DNA of 63,899 nt, the filler included. It is 6 parts of 6 records of this genome, joined end to end, with 100 filler letters (N's around TTAATTAATTAA, not from the genome) between each part and the next. Parts side by side here need not be neighbours in the genome. Positions count along the whole stretch, not along the records: positions 1 to 30,709 come from DRR723986_33704; 5 more parts are not named here. The stretch is one strand, 5' to 3'. Every line of letters begins with the position of its first letter. The first letter of the stretch is position 1. Positions 8,939 to 18,941 of this stretch are shown piece by piece. The notes under the pieces are model-generated. The model did not search any database, was not told the origin of the DNA, and was given only the letters and a program-made list of their open reading frames with translations. Made by a program: the position numbers and the translations under genes.

Positions 8939-11484
8939 TATCTCAATACAGTAATGTTACCGGTAGTTTTATTGCTTCCAGTTTCTGAGGACTCATAAAT
9001 CAGCACATAGGTATAAATCCCTGTGTTGACCAGTTCCTCCCTATGTCGTCCATCCCAAAAATCACCTACAGTAGACGTCCCAAATACTTTTGTTCCCCAA
9101 CGATCAAATATTTGAATATTGAAGCTTGTAATGTCCCAACCTGCAAAAAACTCTAACCAATCATTGTTACCATCACCATTTGGAGAAAAAGCATTTGGAA
9201 TATGAATTCCTGTATAAGTATTTGGATTAGGTTGTCCAGGCGGAGTCACAAGCGGTGGATTGGTTGTGGTAGCCGTATCAGTATAAATAAAATAAGCCAC
9301 AACCGTGTCGTTTGACATTAAATCTAAGGTGTCAGATAAACTGTCAGGATAAGCAAAGGTGTGGTTATTAGACCCCCAGTGATCAAAGACGTAATTTGCG
9401 TTTGCATCAGCCTTGAAGAGGGTGTTGATTTGACCATAATATTGTCCCGTCCAAGGATAATAAGGCGCCCAAACAGAGTTTACTTTTACAGTTCCTGCTC
9501 CAGGGGGATCAACATTTACCGTTAAATCAAATGGACCAGTCAAGTTGTAACAATCAATTAAACCTTGTGTCATAGCAACACACCTGTCATCAATGTAATC
9601 TCTTAAGGTTTGCACATTAGCTTCCCATCCAGCATAAGTTCCTCCCCAAGTTGCTATTTGTCTTGGCATTTCAGGGTCAATTACGGCAACCATACTATCT
9701 AACAAGGCGTGCATTGCTGGGCAACCAAAAGGACCATTAATCAAATCGGCATATCTTGTAATATACTCTTGGCTAAACTCATCATTTAACAACAATTGAT
9801 TCAAGATAGGAATGTGACCTTGGCCTCCAGGATCTGGAAGATTGTCAGCGTTGCAAGGGTCTGCATCAGGAGCAGTACTAGGCACCCCTGTATAGTTGAT
9901 ATAGTGTCCCCAACTTGCATCATTATCCCAAAGCGCGTATCTCCATTTTTGTTTGTCTCCAACTGGCGGTGGAACCCATCCATGCCACCAAGCTGTATTC
10001 CAGTTTAACCAATCTGAAGTAACGATATATGAATTCAAGACAACGTAATCTATCAAACTGCCCGTGTTATATACACTTTTTACATAAGCATACTGTGCTG
10101 GATCTTGCATATTTCCACCAACTACGTATGCTTTAAAAGCCTCCCATTCAGGATGAGGGTTGGTTTGGTCACCATATTCGGCCCAAGTCGCACCCCAAGT
10201 TTTTAAGAACTCAATATTAAATTTATCTTGATTGTAATAATAATCAGTAAAATCGGCGTCATCTACTTTTTCCCTTAAATCATATACTCCCCAATATTGG
10301 CCATTCACATAAACCACTGCGAATCTAGATGTTCGTTCATCCATTCTTAGATCGGCATTCTGTGACAAGGTATGAACCATTGCGTCTCTAATATGCGCAC
10401 CATCTTCAAAAGGGTAATTGTCATTTGCTGCAGCCTTAATAATAATTCTTTGATACTCTTGTCTGGTTTTGGTGGTAAATACAGGATGTCTTACTGCGTT
10501 TGTATAACCATATTCATCTCTTACGACTAAATCAAAACCTCTTTGATCGTAAGCCCAAGAGTCATTACCGTGTTTGTTATAATAACCTTCTCCTTCAGCC
10601 ACTTCTTGTCCATTATCCTCAAATAATTCAAAAGCACCATCAAAATTGCTGTTAAATGAACCCGGCGCAACATCATTCAAAAAGTCCATTACTTGGTCTC
10701 CACAAACGGCTAATACCGGTACTGTATGCGTTTCGTCTATGAAGAAAGTGTTAGTTTCAGTAAAACTTGGTGGTACATTAGGGTTGGATGAAATTCCAAT
10801 TACTCTTACCACGGTAGTTGTACTGATACTCAACGGGCTTCCATACACCGGGGAAGCAGCAGTTGGTTGCGAACCGTCAGTTGTATAATGGAGTGTTGCG
10901 CTTGCATCCGTTGTTGCCAACGAAACAACTTGAGTTCCTGAATAAAAACCAGCCGCCAAACTAATTGTTGGTTTTGCTGAATAATAATCCATTCCTCCAG
11001 TGTTAGCAGCGTTAGGCGTTGGTGTAGTAAAAATGCTCCAAGTAGAAGCAGCATCTGTTGTTCTACCATACGAATGATCATTTTGAGTCATTTTAACAAT
11101 TTTCAAACTGTCCTGAATAGCTCCTGATGACGAAGAAAGAATAATCCATTCATTCTTCGTTTGAGTTAATCCAAAATTAGGGTGAAGCTCACCAGCGTTA
11201 AAGGCGTCTCTTTTTGAGGCATAAACCATCATATAACCACCTGCAGGAACACTTGCTCCGGCAGGAATTTCCCATTTTGCCAAGTTGTTATTGTTGTCAG
11301 AAAGATAATATCCTGATAAATCAAAGGCCGTAGCCCCAATATTGTGTAATTCTACCCAATCTGAATTGTCACCATAAGAATCAACTGGTCCGTTTGTATT
11401 GGAACACGAATATTCATTAATAATCACCTGGGCATTTGTTGTAAATACAGCAACCAGCGAAGCAAGAGTAAATAACGTTTTCAT
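8938..11484 (-). CDS. CotH-family secreted kinase with lamin-tail domain and T9SS type-B CTD
   Basis: LTD (IINE, DWVELHN, DLSGYYLSD), HYTTDGSQPT, CotH core (YVNGQYWGVYDLRE, DWLNWN, WDND), C-terminal IPNAFSPNGDGNND/IFDRWG/WDG. Confidence 0.85.
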   Translation of the reverse strand: MKTLFTLASLVAVFTTNAQVIINEYSCSNTNGPVDSYGDNSDWVELHNIGATAFDLSGYYLSDNNNNLAKWEIPAGASVPAGGYMMVYASKRDAFNAGELHPNFGLTQTKNEWIILSSSSGAIQDSLKIVKMTQNDHSYGRTTDAASTWSIFTTPTPNAANTGGMDYYSAKPTISLAAGFYSGTQVVSLATTDASATLHYTTDGSQPTAASPVYGSPLSISTTTVVRVIGISSNPNVPPSFTETNTFFIDETHTVPVLAVCGDQVMDFLNDVAPGSFNSNFDGAFELFEDNGQEVAEGEGYYNKHGNDSWAYDQRGFDLVVRDEYGYTNAVRHPVFTTKTRQEYQRIIIKAAANDNYPFEDGAHIRDAMVHTLSQNADLRMDERTSRFAVVYVNGQYWGVYDLREKVDDADFTDYYYNQDKFNIEFLKTWGATWAEYGDQTNPHPEWEAFKAYVVGGNMQDPAQYAYVKSVYNTGSLIDYVVLNSYIVTSDWLNWNTAWWHGWVPPPVGDKQKWRYALWDNDASWGHYINYTGVPSTAPDADPCNADNLPDPGGQGHIPILNQLLLNDEFSQEYITRYADLINGPFGCPAMHALLDSMVAVIDPEMPRQIATWGGTYAGWEANVQTLRDYIDDRCVAMTQGLIDCYNLTGPFDLTVNVDPPGAGTVKVNSVWAPYYPWTGQYYGQINTLFKADANANYVFDHWGSNNHTFAYPDSLSDTLDLMSNDTVVAYFIYTDTATTTNPPLVTPPGQPNPNTYTGIHIPNAFSPNGDGNNDWLEFFAGWDITSFNIQIFDRWGTKVFGTSTVGDFWDGRHREELVNTGIYTYVLIYESSETGSNKTTGNITVLR

Positions 11485-11550
11485 AACATTAATACATTAT
11501 ATCCTTAATAAAGGTTGCCAGAGCAACCAAAAAAAATCTCAGGGTTTTAC

Positions 11551-11558
11551 CAAATATA
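11551..11558 (-). promoter_or_regulatory. Bacteroidota -7 element for the cotH-porP operon
   Basis: TATATTTG on the minus strand about 65 nt upstream of the start. Confidence 0.5.
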
Positions 11559-11658
11559 CTCATTTTAAACCAAAGGCCTAAAAAACAGTAAACTCTGCTC
11601 ATGTTAATATAAGGTTAAGAATTATATTTCTATATTTAGCTTTTTAACATTAATTGAA

Positions 11659-12045
11659 ATGAACAAATTCATCTTTAGTGCGCTATTATTATCGGCATTA
11701 GTCTCTTGTAACAAAGAGCCTGGCCAAGGAGGCACTTCTTCAATAGAAGGCAAAGTCTATCGTGTAGAAACAAATTCTTTAGGAGATACTTTAGACCAGT
11801 ACTATGCTCCCGATTATGATGTTTATATCATTTATGGTGATGAGGACCAGACTTATGATGATGATTTTTCAACGAGTTATGACGGCAGCTATCGCTTTAC
11901 ACACTTGACTCCTGGCACATATACAGTTTTTGCCTATACCAGATGTGATTTATGTGGCGGTGGGGATACAGCTGTATCACAGACCATTGAAATAACAGAG
12001 AAAGAATCGAAGATAATGTTGGACGACTTGGTTGTGTTTAAATGA
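11659..12045 (+). CDS. Lipoprotein, beta-sandwich (carboxypeptidase-regulatory-like) fold
   Basis: Lipobox LVSC; SIEGKV...DGSYRFTHLTPGTYTV pattern. Confidence 0.7.
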   Translation: MNKFIFSALLLSALVSCNKEPGQGGTSSIEGKVYRVETNSLGDTLDQYYAPDYDVYIIYGDEDQTYDDDFSTSYDGSYRFTHLTPGTYTVFAYTRCDLCGGGDTAVSQTIEITEKESKIMLDDLVVFK

Positions 12046-12764
12046 GAATTCTTTTAGTCATATTTTCAATGTGCTCAATAATAGGATTTGGGCAAGTAAA
12101 AGACGCCAATATTTGGATGGGCTATGGACTTGAAATGGAAATGACAAAAAAAATTAGCTTAGAATTGGAAAGCCAAGCACGTTTTAATAATAATGCCTCT
12201 AGCTTTAATCAGTTTTATACTGAATTAAGTGCAGGATATGACATCATCAAACCTATCAATATAAGTGGAACATACAGATACAGTCGAAAAAACAATGGGG
12301 ATTATTATTTCAGTCAGAACCGATTTTGCTTAGACCTTAGCTACAAGTTTAAGCTGGACATGGGTCTCGGGTTCAAAACTAGAGCGCGTTACCAACATGT
12401 GTTTGATCGATTAAAAGAAATAAATGGGGTCTATCCTGATAAGGCAAATTTATATCGCCATTCGTTTAAAATCTCTTATGACATTCCAAATTTTAAACTA
12501 ATTACACCGTATATCGGTGGCGAGCTTTTTTATGCTTTACAGCCCGTGAATCCAACCTCAAAGTTGGATACTTACAGGTTCAAGGCTGGGATGGATTTTG
12601 ATTTGCCTAAAAGAATCAGTTTAAGGCTATTTTATACTTACGAATATGAGCACAGAACTGTAGACAATATTGCTCACATCTATGGGTTTCAAATAAATTA
12701 TGCCTTTAAGTCATTGAAAAAACTAACAAAATCAAGCTCTAAACCAAGTAAGCCAGAGAATTAG
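12042..12764 (+). CDS. DUF2490-like outer-membrane beta-barrel protein
   Basis: Signal peptide and alternating beta-strands (Q.RF, NRF..D, PY...ELFY, YRF.AG). Overlaps the lipoprotein stop. Confidence 0.7.
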   Translation: MRILLVIFSMCSIIGFGQVKDANIWMGYGLEMEMTKKISLELESQARFNNNASSFNQFYTELSAGYDIIKPINISGTYRYSRKNNGDYYFSQNRFCLDLSYKFKLDMGLGFKTRARYQHVFDRLKEINGVYPDKANLYRHSFKISYDIPNFKLITPYIGGELFYALQPVNPTSKLDTYRFKAGMDFDLPKRISLRLFYTYEYEHRTVDNIAHIYGFQINYAFKSLKKLTKSSSKPSKPEN

Positions 12765-14887
12765 TCCATCAGCTCAAAATCAATTTGTCTTTTCGTTAAA
12801 GAGACTGACAACACCTTCACAAAAACTCGGTCACCAAGATTAAATTCTTCCCCGCTCTTTGTTGCGTAAACAACATATTTCTCTTCGTCAAACTGATATC
12901 TCTCTCCTTTCATTGACTTTAAGGATATCATCCCTTCACAAAAATTAGTTTCTATTTCCACGTATATTCCCCATTCAGTCAAACCGGTTATCGAACCAGC
13001 GAAAACTTCGCCCTCTTTGTCTTGAAGATAAACTGCCTGGAAATACTTTTTTGACGCCCTTTCCGCCTCAGATGCTCTTCGCTCAGTAATGGATATATGT
13101 TCTGCAGTTCCTTGAAGATTGGAATACCTCTTGTTCACTTTTTCGAGATCATTGAGTAAAATTCTGTGAACCATTAAATCGGCATATCTTCTAATCGGTG
13201 AAGTAAAGTGAGCGTAATAATCAAAACCTAAACCATAATGTCCTATGTTCTCAGTGTCATAAACAGCTTTGGACATGGTCTTAATTGCCATTTGCTGAAC
13301 TAAAGCGAACTCACTTTGGTCTTTCATTTCCTCAAATACCGCATTCATATTTAAGGCAATATCCCTTTCGTTTTTATAACTGAATTTTTTTCCGAATTTT
13401 GACAGAAACACTGCAAATTGTTGGACTTTTTCTATATCAGGCTTGTCATGAATTCTGTAGATTAAAGGAACACTAACCTTTCTTTTAGTGTCACCAATAT
13501 AGCGCCCTACCCTTTTGTTAGCAAGTAGCATATATTCTTCCACTAATTTATTGGCGTCTTTCTGCGTTTTTTTAAAAACTTCAATAGGCCTTCCAGCATC
13601 ATCTAGCTCAAACCTTAATTCAGACCCATGAATCTCTAAAGCACCTTTAGATAGACGATCTTTTCTCATGATTTTTGCAATCGAATCCACCCTCAACAGC
13701 TCCTCAGATAATTCCCCTTTCTTATTTTCTAGTATTTCTTGAGCTTCTTCATATGTAAATCTGCGATCAGAATTGATTACTGTTTTACCAAACCATTCAC
13801 CTAAAATTTCGCCCTTTGCATCAAGATCAAAAACTGCTGAAAAAGCAAATTTTTCTTCATTAGGGCGCAAAGAGCAAACACCATTACTTAGGTGTTCCGG
13901 GAGCATAGGTATCACTCGATCTACAAGGTACACAGAGTTTCCGCGCTCTTTAGCCTCTTTATCTAAGGCGCTATTTTCAAGAACGTAATGCGCTACGTCT
14001 GCAATATGAACACCAATCCTAAACTTATTATTGTCTAACTTTTCAAATGAAATCGCATCATCAAAGTCTTTGGCGTCCACGGGGTCAATTGTAAAAGTCA
14101 AAACATTCCTAAAGTCTCGCCTTCTTTTTATCTCTTCTTTATCCAATTCTAAGGAAACGCGACTAGCTTCATTCAGCACTTCGTCAGGAAAAGTATAGTT
14201 AATTCCATATAGCGCTAGAATTCCTTTCATTTCTGCATCATTAGACTCAGGTTTTCCCAAAACTTCTACAATTTTTCCGAAAGGATTTTTTGCCGATTCT
14301 GGCCAATCAGTTATCTGTGCTATTGCCTTATATCCAGACTTCCCGCCATTCAAATCTGAGCTTGGTATGAATATATCCGCATTAAATCTTGGGTCATCAG
14401 GAATTAAAAAAGAAAAATGATCTTGGACGTCAAGTTTGCCTACAATCATTCTTTTTGATTGATTCAGTACTTCAACAACCTTTCCTTCAGAACCTTTTCT
14501 ACGTGCCTTAATTAATTTCACTTTTACCTCATCCCCGTGCAAAGCTTTACCTAGATTCTTTTCATCCACGTAAATATCATCATCAAAATCCTCAACACGC
14601 ACATAGCCACTTCCTCTTCTGATTATTTCAATTCGACCCACCAGTGTTTTTTGTCCTTCGGTGAATTTATATTTTCCACGTTGTGTTTCAGAAATTATTT
14701 TTGAATCGGCTAAATCGGTTAAAATAGAAAAGATTAATTTTCTAAGTTGCTTGTCGCTCACTTCCAGCAAACCTGCTATTTGCTTGTAATTCAATTGTTT
14801 TCCAGGATTGCTTTCAAAAATATCTAGGATGTCTTGTCGTAATTTTTTACCAAGTTTTTTCTTGCCGGATTTTTTTTTCTGATTCAT
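12761..14887 (-). CDS. rnr: Ribonuclease R
   Basis: TIDPVDAKDFDDA, SVYLVDRVIPMLP, HFTSPIRRYADL, C-terminal S1 domain. Confidence 0.95.
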   Translation of the reverse strand: MNQKKKSGKKKLGKKLRQDILDIFESNPGKQLNYKQIAGLLEVSDKQLRKLIFSILTDLADSKIISETQRGKYKFTEGQKTLVGRIEIIRRGSGYVRVEDFDDDIYVDEKNLGKALHGDEVKVKLIKARRKGSEGKVVEVLNQSKRMIVGKLDVQDHFSFLIPDDPRFNADIFIPSSDLNGGKSGYKAIAQITDWPESAKNPFGKIVEVLGKPESNDAEMKGILALYGINYTFPDEVLNEASRVSLELDKEEIKRRRDFRNVLTFTIDPVDAKDFDDAISFEKLDNNKFRIGVHIADVAHYVLENSALDKEAKERGNSVYLVDRVIPMLPEHLSNGVCSLRPNEEKFAFSAVFDLDAKGEILGEWFGKTVINSDRRFTYEEAQEILENKKGELSEELLRVDSIAKIMRKDRLSKGALEIHGSELRFELDDAGRPIEVFKKTQKDANKLVEEYMLLANKRVGRYIGDTKRKVSVPLIYRIHDKPDIEKVQQFAVFLSKFGKKFSYKNERDIALNMNAVFEEMKDQSEFALVQQMAIKTMSKAVYDTENIGHYGLGFDYYAHFTSPIRRYADLMVHRILLNDLEKVNKRYSNLQGTAEHISITERRASEAERASKKYFQAVYLQDKEGEVFAGSITGLTEWGIYVEIETNFCEGMISLKSMKGERYQFDEEKYVVYATKSGEEFNLGDRVFVKVLSVSLTKRQIDFELMD

Positions 14888-14995
14888 TCAAATTTATATC
14901 TGGTTAAAATTATCAATTATTTCCCATGAATTCGGGAACATTTCTTTATTTTAGTGTTTTTTTGCGCGCATTTGCGTCTAACCAAAAAATTATTT

Positions 14996-15514
14996 GTGTT
15001 GAATAAAAAAGTAGAAGACATACTAAACAAACAAATTTCAGGGGAGGCAAGCTCTTCTCACCTGTATCTCGCCATGGCTTCATGGGCTGAAAACGCTGGG
15101 TTTGGAGGAACGGCAGCTTTTCTTTACACGCATTCAGATGAAGAACGACAACACATGTTGAAGCTTGTAAAATTTGTTAATGAGCGTGGTGGCAAAGCAA
15201 TTATTCCTGACTTATCAGTGGGAACTATTTCATTTAAAAATTTAAAAGATGTGTTTAAAACACTTTTAGATCATGAAATTGAGGTAACCAACTCTATTAA
15301 CGAAGTTGTGCATGTATGTTTGAATGAAAAAGATTACACTACCCATAATTTCATGCAATGGTACGTTGCTGAACAGCTTGAAGAGGAAGCTCTTGCTCGC
15401 AGCATACTTGACAAATTAAACTTAATTGACAACGATAAAGGAGGTCTTTACCTCTTTGATCGCGATTTAGAAAACTTTAAAGCAGATACAGTTGCCAACG
15501 ATCAAGCGAATTAA
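14996..15514 (+). CDS. ftnA: Non-heme ferritin
   Basis: Ferroxidase residues (E..SSHLYLAMASW, EE..HM, HE..VT, QWYVAEQLEEE). Start is probably GTG 14996 or TTG 14999 rather than 14954. Confidence 0.92.
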   Translation: MLNKKVEDILNKQISGEASSSHLYLAMASWAENAGFGGTAAFLYTHSDEERQHMLKLVKFVNERGGKAIIPDLSVGTISFKNLKDVFKTLLDHEIEVTNSINEVVHVCLNEKDYTTHNFMQWYVAEQLEEEALARSILDKLNLIDNDKGGLYLFDRDLENFKADTVANDQAN

Positions 15515-15519
15515 CTTTG
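15512..15519 (+). promoter_or_regulatory. Candidate -7 promoter element for the yfiR-like operon
   Basis: TAACTTTG overlapping the ferritin stop codon, with TTG 17 nt upstream. Confidence 0.4.
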
Positions 15520-15557
15520 GCATACTTTTAGTACATTAGGAAACCAAATTCATTTTT

Positions 15558-16097
15558 TTGAGTAAAAAAGCTTACATAGTATTAATCCTTGTTGTTCTGA
15601 CGAGCTGGTCAATGACCCCTCCTTCAGTGACGCAGATGAAGGACACACGTTCTCCTGTAAAGGCTTTGTACTTGTATAATTTTGCAACCTTAATTGATTG
15701 GCCTACAGATTACCGAAAAGGAGACTTTATTATCGGAGTTTATGGCTCAAAAGAGGGGGTATACGATAATTTAAAAATGAAATTTGAAGGCAAGGCGATT
15801 GGTAGCCAAGAGATTGTTGTGAAGAGCTTTACTAGTTCTTCACAAATTAGCAAGGCACACATCTTGTATGTTACCCCTAAAAACAGTTCTCAAATAAGCT
15901 CGCTTAATTCACAGTTTAAAGGAAAAAGCACATTGCTTGTTACTGAACGAGATGGCAACTTAAGTAAAGGGGCAGCAATAAATTTCGTTGTAAAAGGTAC
16001 GAGTCAAAAATTTGAGATAAGTAAATCGAATGCTCAAAAACACAAATTGGTCATTGCTGATAGATTGTTGAATCTTGCAGTGAATGTAGTAGAATGA
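15558..16097 (+). CDS. YfiR family (DUF4154) periplasmic regulator, cysteine-free
   Basis: VKALYLYNFA..IDWP, HILYV, LLVTE, G..INF, C-terminal RLLNLA; N-terminal signal/TM segment. Confidence 0.85.
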   Translation: MSKKAYIVLILVVLTSWSMTPPSVTQMKDTRSPVKALYLYNFATLIDWPTDYRKGDFIIGVYGSKEGVYDNLKMKFEGKAIGSQEIVVKSFTSSSQISKAHILYVTPKNSSQISSLNSQFKGKSTLLVTERDGNLSKGAAINFVVKGTSQKFEISKSNAQKHKLVIADRLLNLAVNVVE

Positions 16098-17098
16098 AAG
16101 TTTTAAAGCACATATCGCTAATCGTATTGTTTCTGAGCGCATTTTCAGGCATCAGTCAACAATATACGACCAAGGCTTATGCAAAATATCAAGCACAAGA
16201 GTTTGATAGCGCTAAGTATTGGGTTGATTCTGCTGTGGTATCCAATGAAAAAACCAATTCTCAAACTTGGCAATTAAGAGGCCTTATCTACAGGAAATTA
16301 GAGTCTCCAGAAAATAAGGGATACAGAGAAATTGCAATTGAATCTTTCCTTGAAGCTCAAAAGGTAGATCCAGAAGGAAATCATAAAGAAAAAATTGATG
16401 GCTATCTATACAATACAATTATTCGTTACTATAATGACGCGGTAACGCAACTAGGAGAAAAAGACCTTGAGGGATCAGAAAAGTCATATGTAGCTTACAA
16501 AGAAATGTACCTAGCTCATGTAGACGGAACTAAAGATTTTAAAACCAACGACATTGAGTATTACAATGCGTTAGGAAGTGAATATTTGAAACTCATTGGC
16601 ACTTTAAGCGGTGAAGAAAAAACTCAAAAAACAGCCAAAGGTGTTGCCTTTTTTGAACAAGTTCTAAGTTTAGATCCTAACCAGTTCCAGCCAAACTTCA
16701 ATGTTGGTATTATGTACTATAACTCTGGAGCTGATTTAATTATGAATATGGATCCTCTTACGCCTATTGAAGAGATTCCAGTAATTGAAGAAAAAGCTCA
16801 AAACAATTTCAAGAAAGCCTTGCCTTTCTTGCTTGAGGCACATAAAATGCAACCAGAAAGAACAGATGTTATTGAAGCCATTACGGGCTGTTATTACGGG
16901 CTTCAAGATGACGAAAACTACACGAAGTTTCAGAAAATTCTGGACGAAAAAAACTTACCTACTTTATTAGAAAAACATTCGGCGAATCCAAAAAACCGAG
17001 CTGTGGTGAGAGAGCTGGTTAGAATTTATTCTACCACCTTCAAAGATGATGAGAAGTATAAAAAATATGCTGAGATTTTGGACAACCTGGAAGAGTAA
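16094..17098 (+). CDS. Secreted tetratricopeptide-repeat protein
   Basis: Signal peptide; TPR motifs (TWQLRGLIY, NFNVGIMYYN.G, ALPFLLEA). ATGA overlap with the yfiR-like gene. Confidence 0.8.
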   Translation: MKVLKHISLIVLFLSAFSGISQQYTTKAYAKYQAQEFDSAKYWVDSAVVSNEKTNSQTWQLRGLIYRKLESPENKGYREIAIESFLEAQKVDPEGNHKEKIDGYLYNTIIRYYNDAVTQLGEKDLEGSEKSYVAYKEMYLAHVDGTKDFKTNDIEYYNALGSEYLKLIGTLSGEEKTQKTAKGVAFFEQVLSLDPNQFQPNFNVGIMYYNSGADLIMNMDPLTPIEEIPVIEEKAQNNFKKALPFLLEAHKMQPERTDVIEAITGCYYGLQDDENYTKFQKILDEKNLPTLLEKHSANPKNRAVVRELVRIYSTTFKDDEKYKKYAEILDNLEE

Positions 17099-17107
17099 TC
17101 TTCATTA

Positions 17108-18937
17108 ATGGGCTTTAGATTTACCATAGCAAGAAAAATAGGGACGGGATTTGGCGTCCTTATTCTGTTTATAATAGTTGTATTTGGTGCAACTTTTATT
17201 GCAGTTAATAATGGTATTTCGACCTTCCAAGAAAACGATAAAACATCAACACAGTTAATTGATGTTATCACCCCATCTAAAGAAAAAGTTACCCGGCTAA
17301 AAATACAAGTCAATGAATCTAAATTATTGGCCATCCAATGGGTAGATCATCAAGGCCGAAACGATACTCCTGATAAAATAAGGTTGAAGACCTTAATGGA
17401 GCAAAACATTCCTCAAACAAGAAATGAAATTCTTGAATTATCTGAAAAATGGTCAGATGAAGAAGACAAAAAATTATTGAATAGGGCCATTGGAAAAATA
17501 GACACGCTATTCAATTTTTATGAGGAAATTATGTTGTATTTGCCAGACATTGCCAGCTATGACGACCCTTTTAATTCCTTGTCTGCACGATTTATAATCT
17601 CTCAAGATGGAGATGTTCCGGTAATTGCGGGAAAAATTGATCAAAACTTATTGACCCTTCAAAACAGTCTTGAAAAGAAGGAAGAAGATGCTTTAGCTTT
17701 AGTAAAAAACTCAAGTGAAGAGTCTAAAGAGCGATTTGAGTCACTTACTTTTTATTGGCTCCTAGGTGGTGGTTTAATCATTTTTGCCATTTTAATTGCC
17801 GTTTTTACCACCAACACAATTGTAAAGCCAGTTCGTTCTTTAAGAAGTGTTCTACTTTCATTGGGCAAAGGAATTTTTCCTGAAACAAAGATTTTAGTTT
17901 CAAATGATGAAATTGGTGACATGTCTTCTGCCATGATAGAGCTGGTAGATGGCCTAAGAAAAACAACCGACTTTGCCAAAAACGTTGGGCAAAGTAATTT
18001 TAATTACCCTTATACACCTTTAAGTGATGAAGACGTTCTAGGACATGCGTTACTTAAAATGAAAGATGAACTTGCAGAGACGGAAAGAATTCTTGAGCAA
18101 AAAGTTAAAGAGCGGACAGAGGAGGTTGTAAAGCAAAAAGATGAAATCGAATCTCAAAACCAACGATTAGAAGAGCTTTATAAAGATGTTACGGACAGTA
18201 TTCGCTATGCAAAAAGGCTGCAATACTCAATCCTTCCACCTGCTGAAACGATTTCAAGTGTTTGTCCGAATTCATTTGTTCTCTTTAAACCAAAAGACAT
18301 TGTCTCTGGAGACTTTTATTGGTTTGAGAAAATGGGCGGAAAATCTTATTGTTCTGCTGTCGATTGTACCGGTCATGGCGTACCTGGTGCATTTATGTCA
18401 TTGGTTGGAGCCAACGGCCTGAATGCTGCAGTTCGTGAGCATCACACAGATCAACCAAGCAAAATTCTTGACGAGCTAAACAATTTCGTTTCTGAATCTT
18501 TAAACAAAACACGAGAAGATAATGATGTAAGAGATGGTATGGACCTCTCTTTAGTAGCTATTGATTACGATACACTAACCTTGGAGTATTCTGGTGCAAA
18601 CAACCCTTTGTATATCATAAGAAACGAAGAGTTCATCATTGTTAAAGCCGATAAGTTCGCAATCGGGTCTTTTGAGCCTGGCACTAAGAAGTATAAAAAC
18701 GAAGTGATTCAGCTAGAAAAAGGTGACCAGATCTATTTATTCTCTGATGGATATGCTGATCAATTTGGTGGAAGCAAAGGGAAAAAATTCCTTTATAAAA
18801 CTTTCAGACAAGAACTTTTAAAAATTCACAAACAGGAGCCAGAAGCTCAACGAGTGGCATTGAACGCCACTATTAGCGAATGGCAAGGAGACTACGCTCA
18901 AGTAGATGATATTCTTGTAATCGGAATTCGAATTTAA
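17108..18937 (+). CDS. Two-TM receptor with helical periplasmic sensor, HAMP region and SpoIIE/PP2C phosphatase
   Basis: MCP-like N-terminus (TIARKIGTGFG), TM2, HAMP (VKPV...NDEIGDM), then PKDIVSGDF, DCTGHGVPGA, FSDGYADQFGG, QVDD. Confidence 0.9.
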   Translation: MGFRFTIARKIGTGFGVLILFIIVVFGATFIAVNNGISTFQENDKTSTQLIDVITPSKEKVTRLKIQVNESKLLAIQWVDHQGRNDTPDKIRLKTLMEQNIPQTRNEILELSEKWSDEEDKKLLNRAIGKIDTLFNFYEEIMLYLPDIASYDDPFNSLSARFIISQDGDVPVIAGKIDQNLLTLQNSLEKKEEDALALVKNSSEESKERFESLTFYWLLGGGLIIFAILIAVFTTNTIVKPVRSLRSVLLSLGKGIFPETKILVSNDEIGDMSSAMIELVDGLRKTTDFAKNVGQSNFNYPYTPLSDEDVLGHALLKMKDELAETERILEQKVKERTEEVVKQKDEIESQNQRLEELYKDVTDSIRYAKRLQYSILPPAETISSVCPNSFVLFKPKDIVSGDFYWFEKMGGKSYCSAVDCTGHGVPGAFMSLVGANGLNAAVREHHTDQPSKILDELNNFVSESLNKTREDNDVRDGMDLSLVAIDYDTLTLEYSGANNPLYIIRNEEFIIVKADKFAIGSFEPGTKKYKNEVIQLEKGDQIYLFSDGYADQFGGSKGKKFLYKTFRQELLKIHKQEPEAQRVALNATISEWQGDYAQVDDILVIGIRI

Positions 18938-18941
18938 TCAG

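Noticed and set aside
15518-15532. Sigma54 promoter upstream of the yfiR-like gene (TGGCAT-N4-TTAG)
   Set aside because: The -12 element lacks the GC, and the overlapping TAACTTTG sigma70 element fits better.
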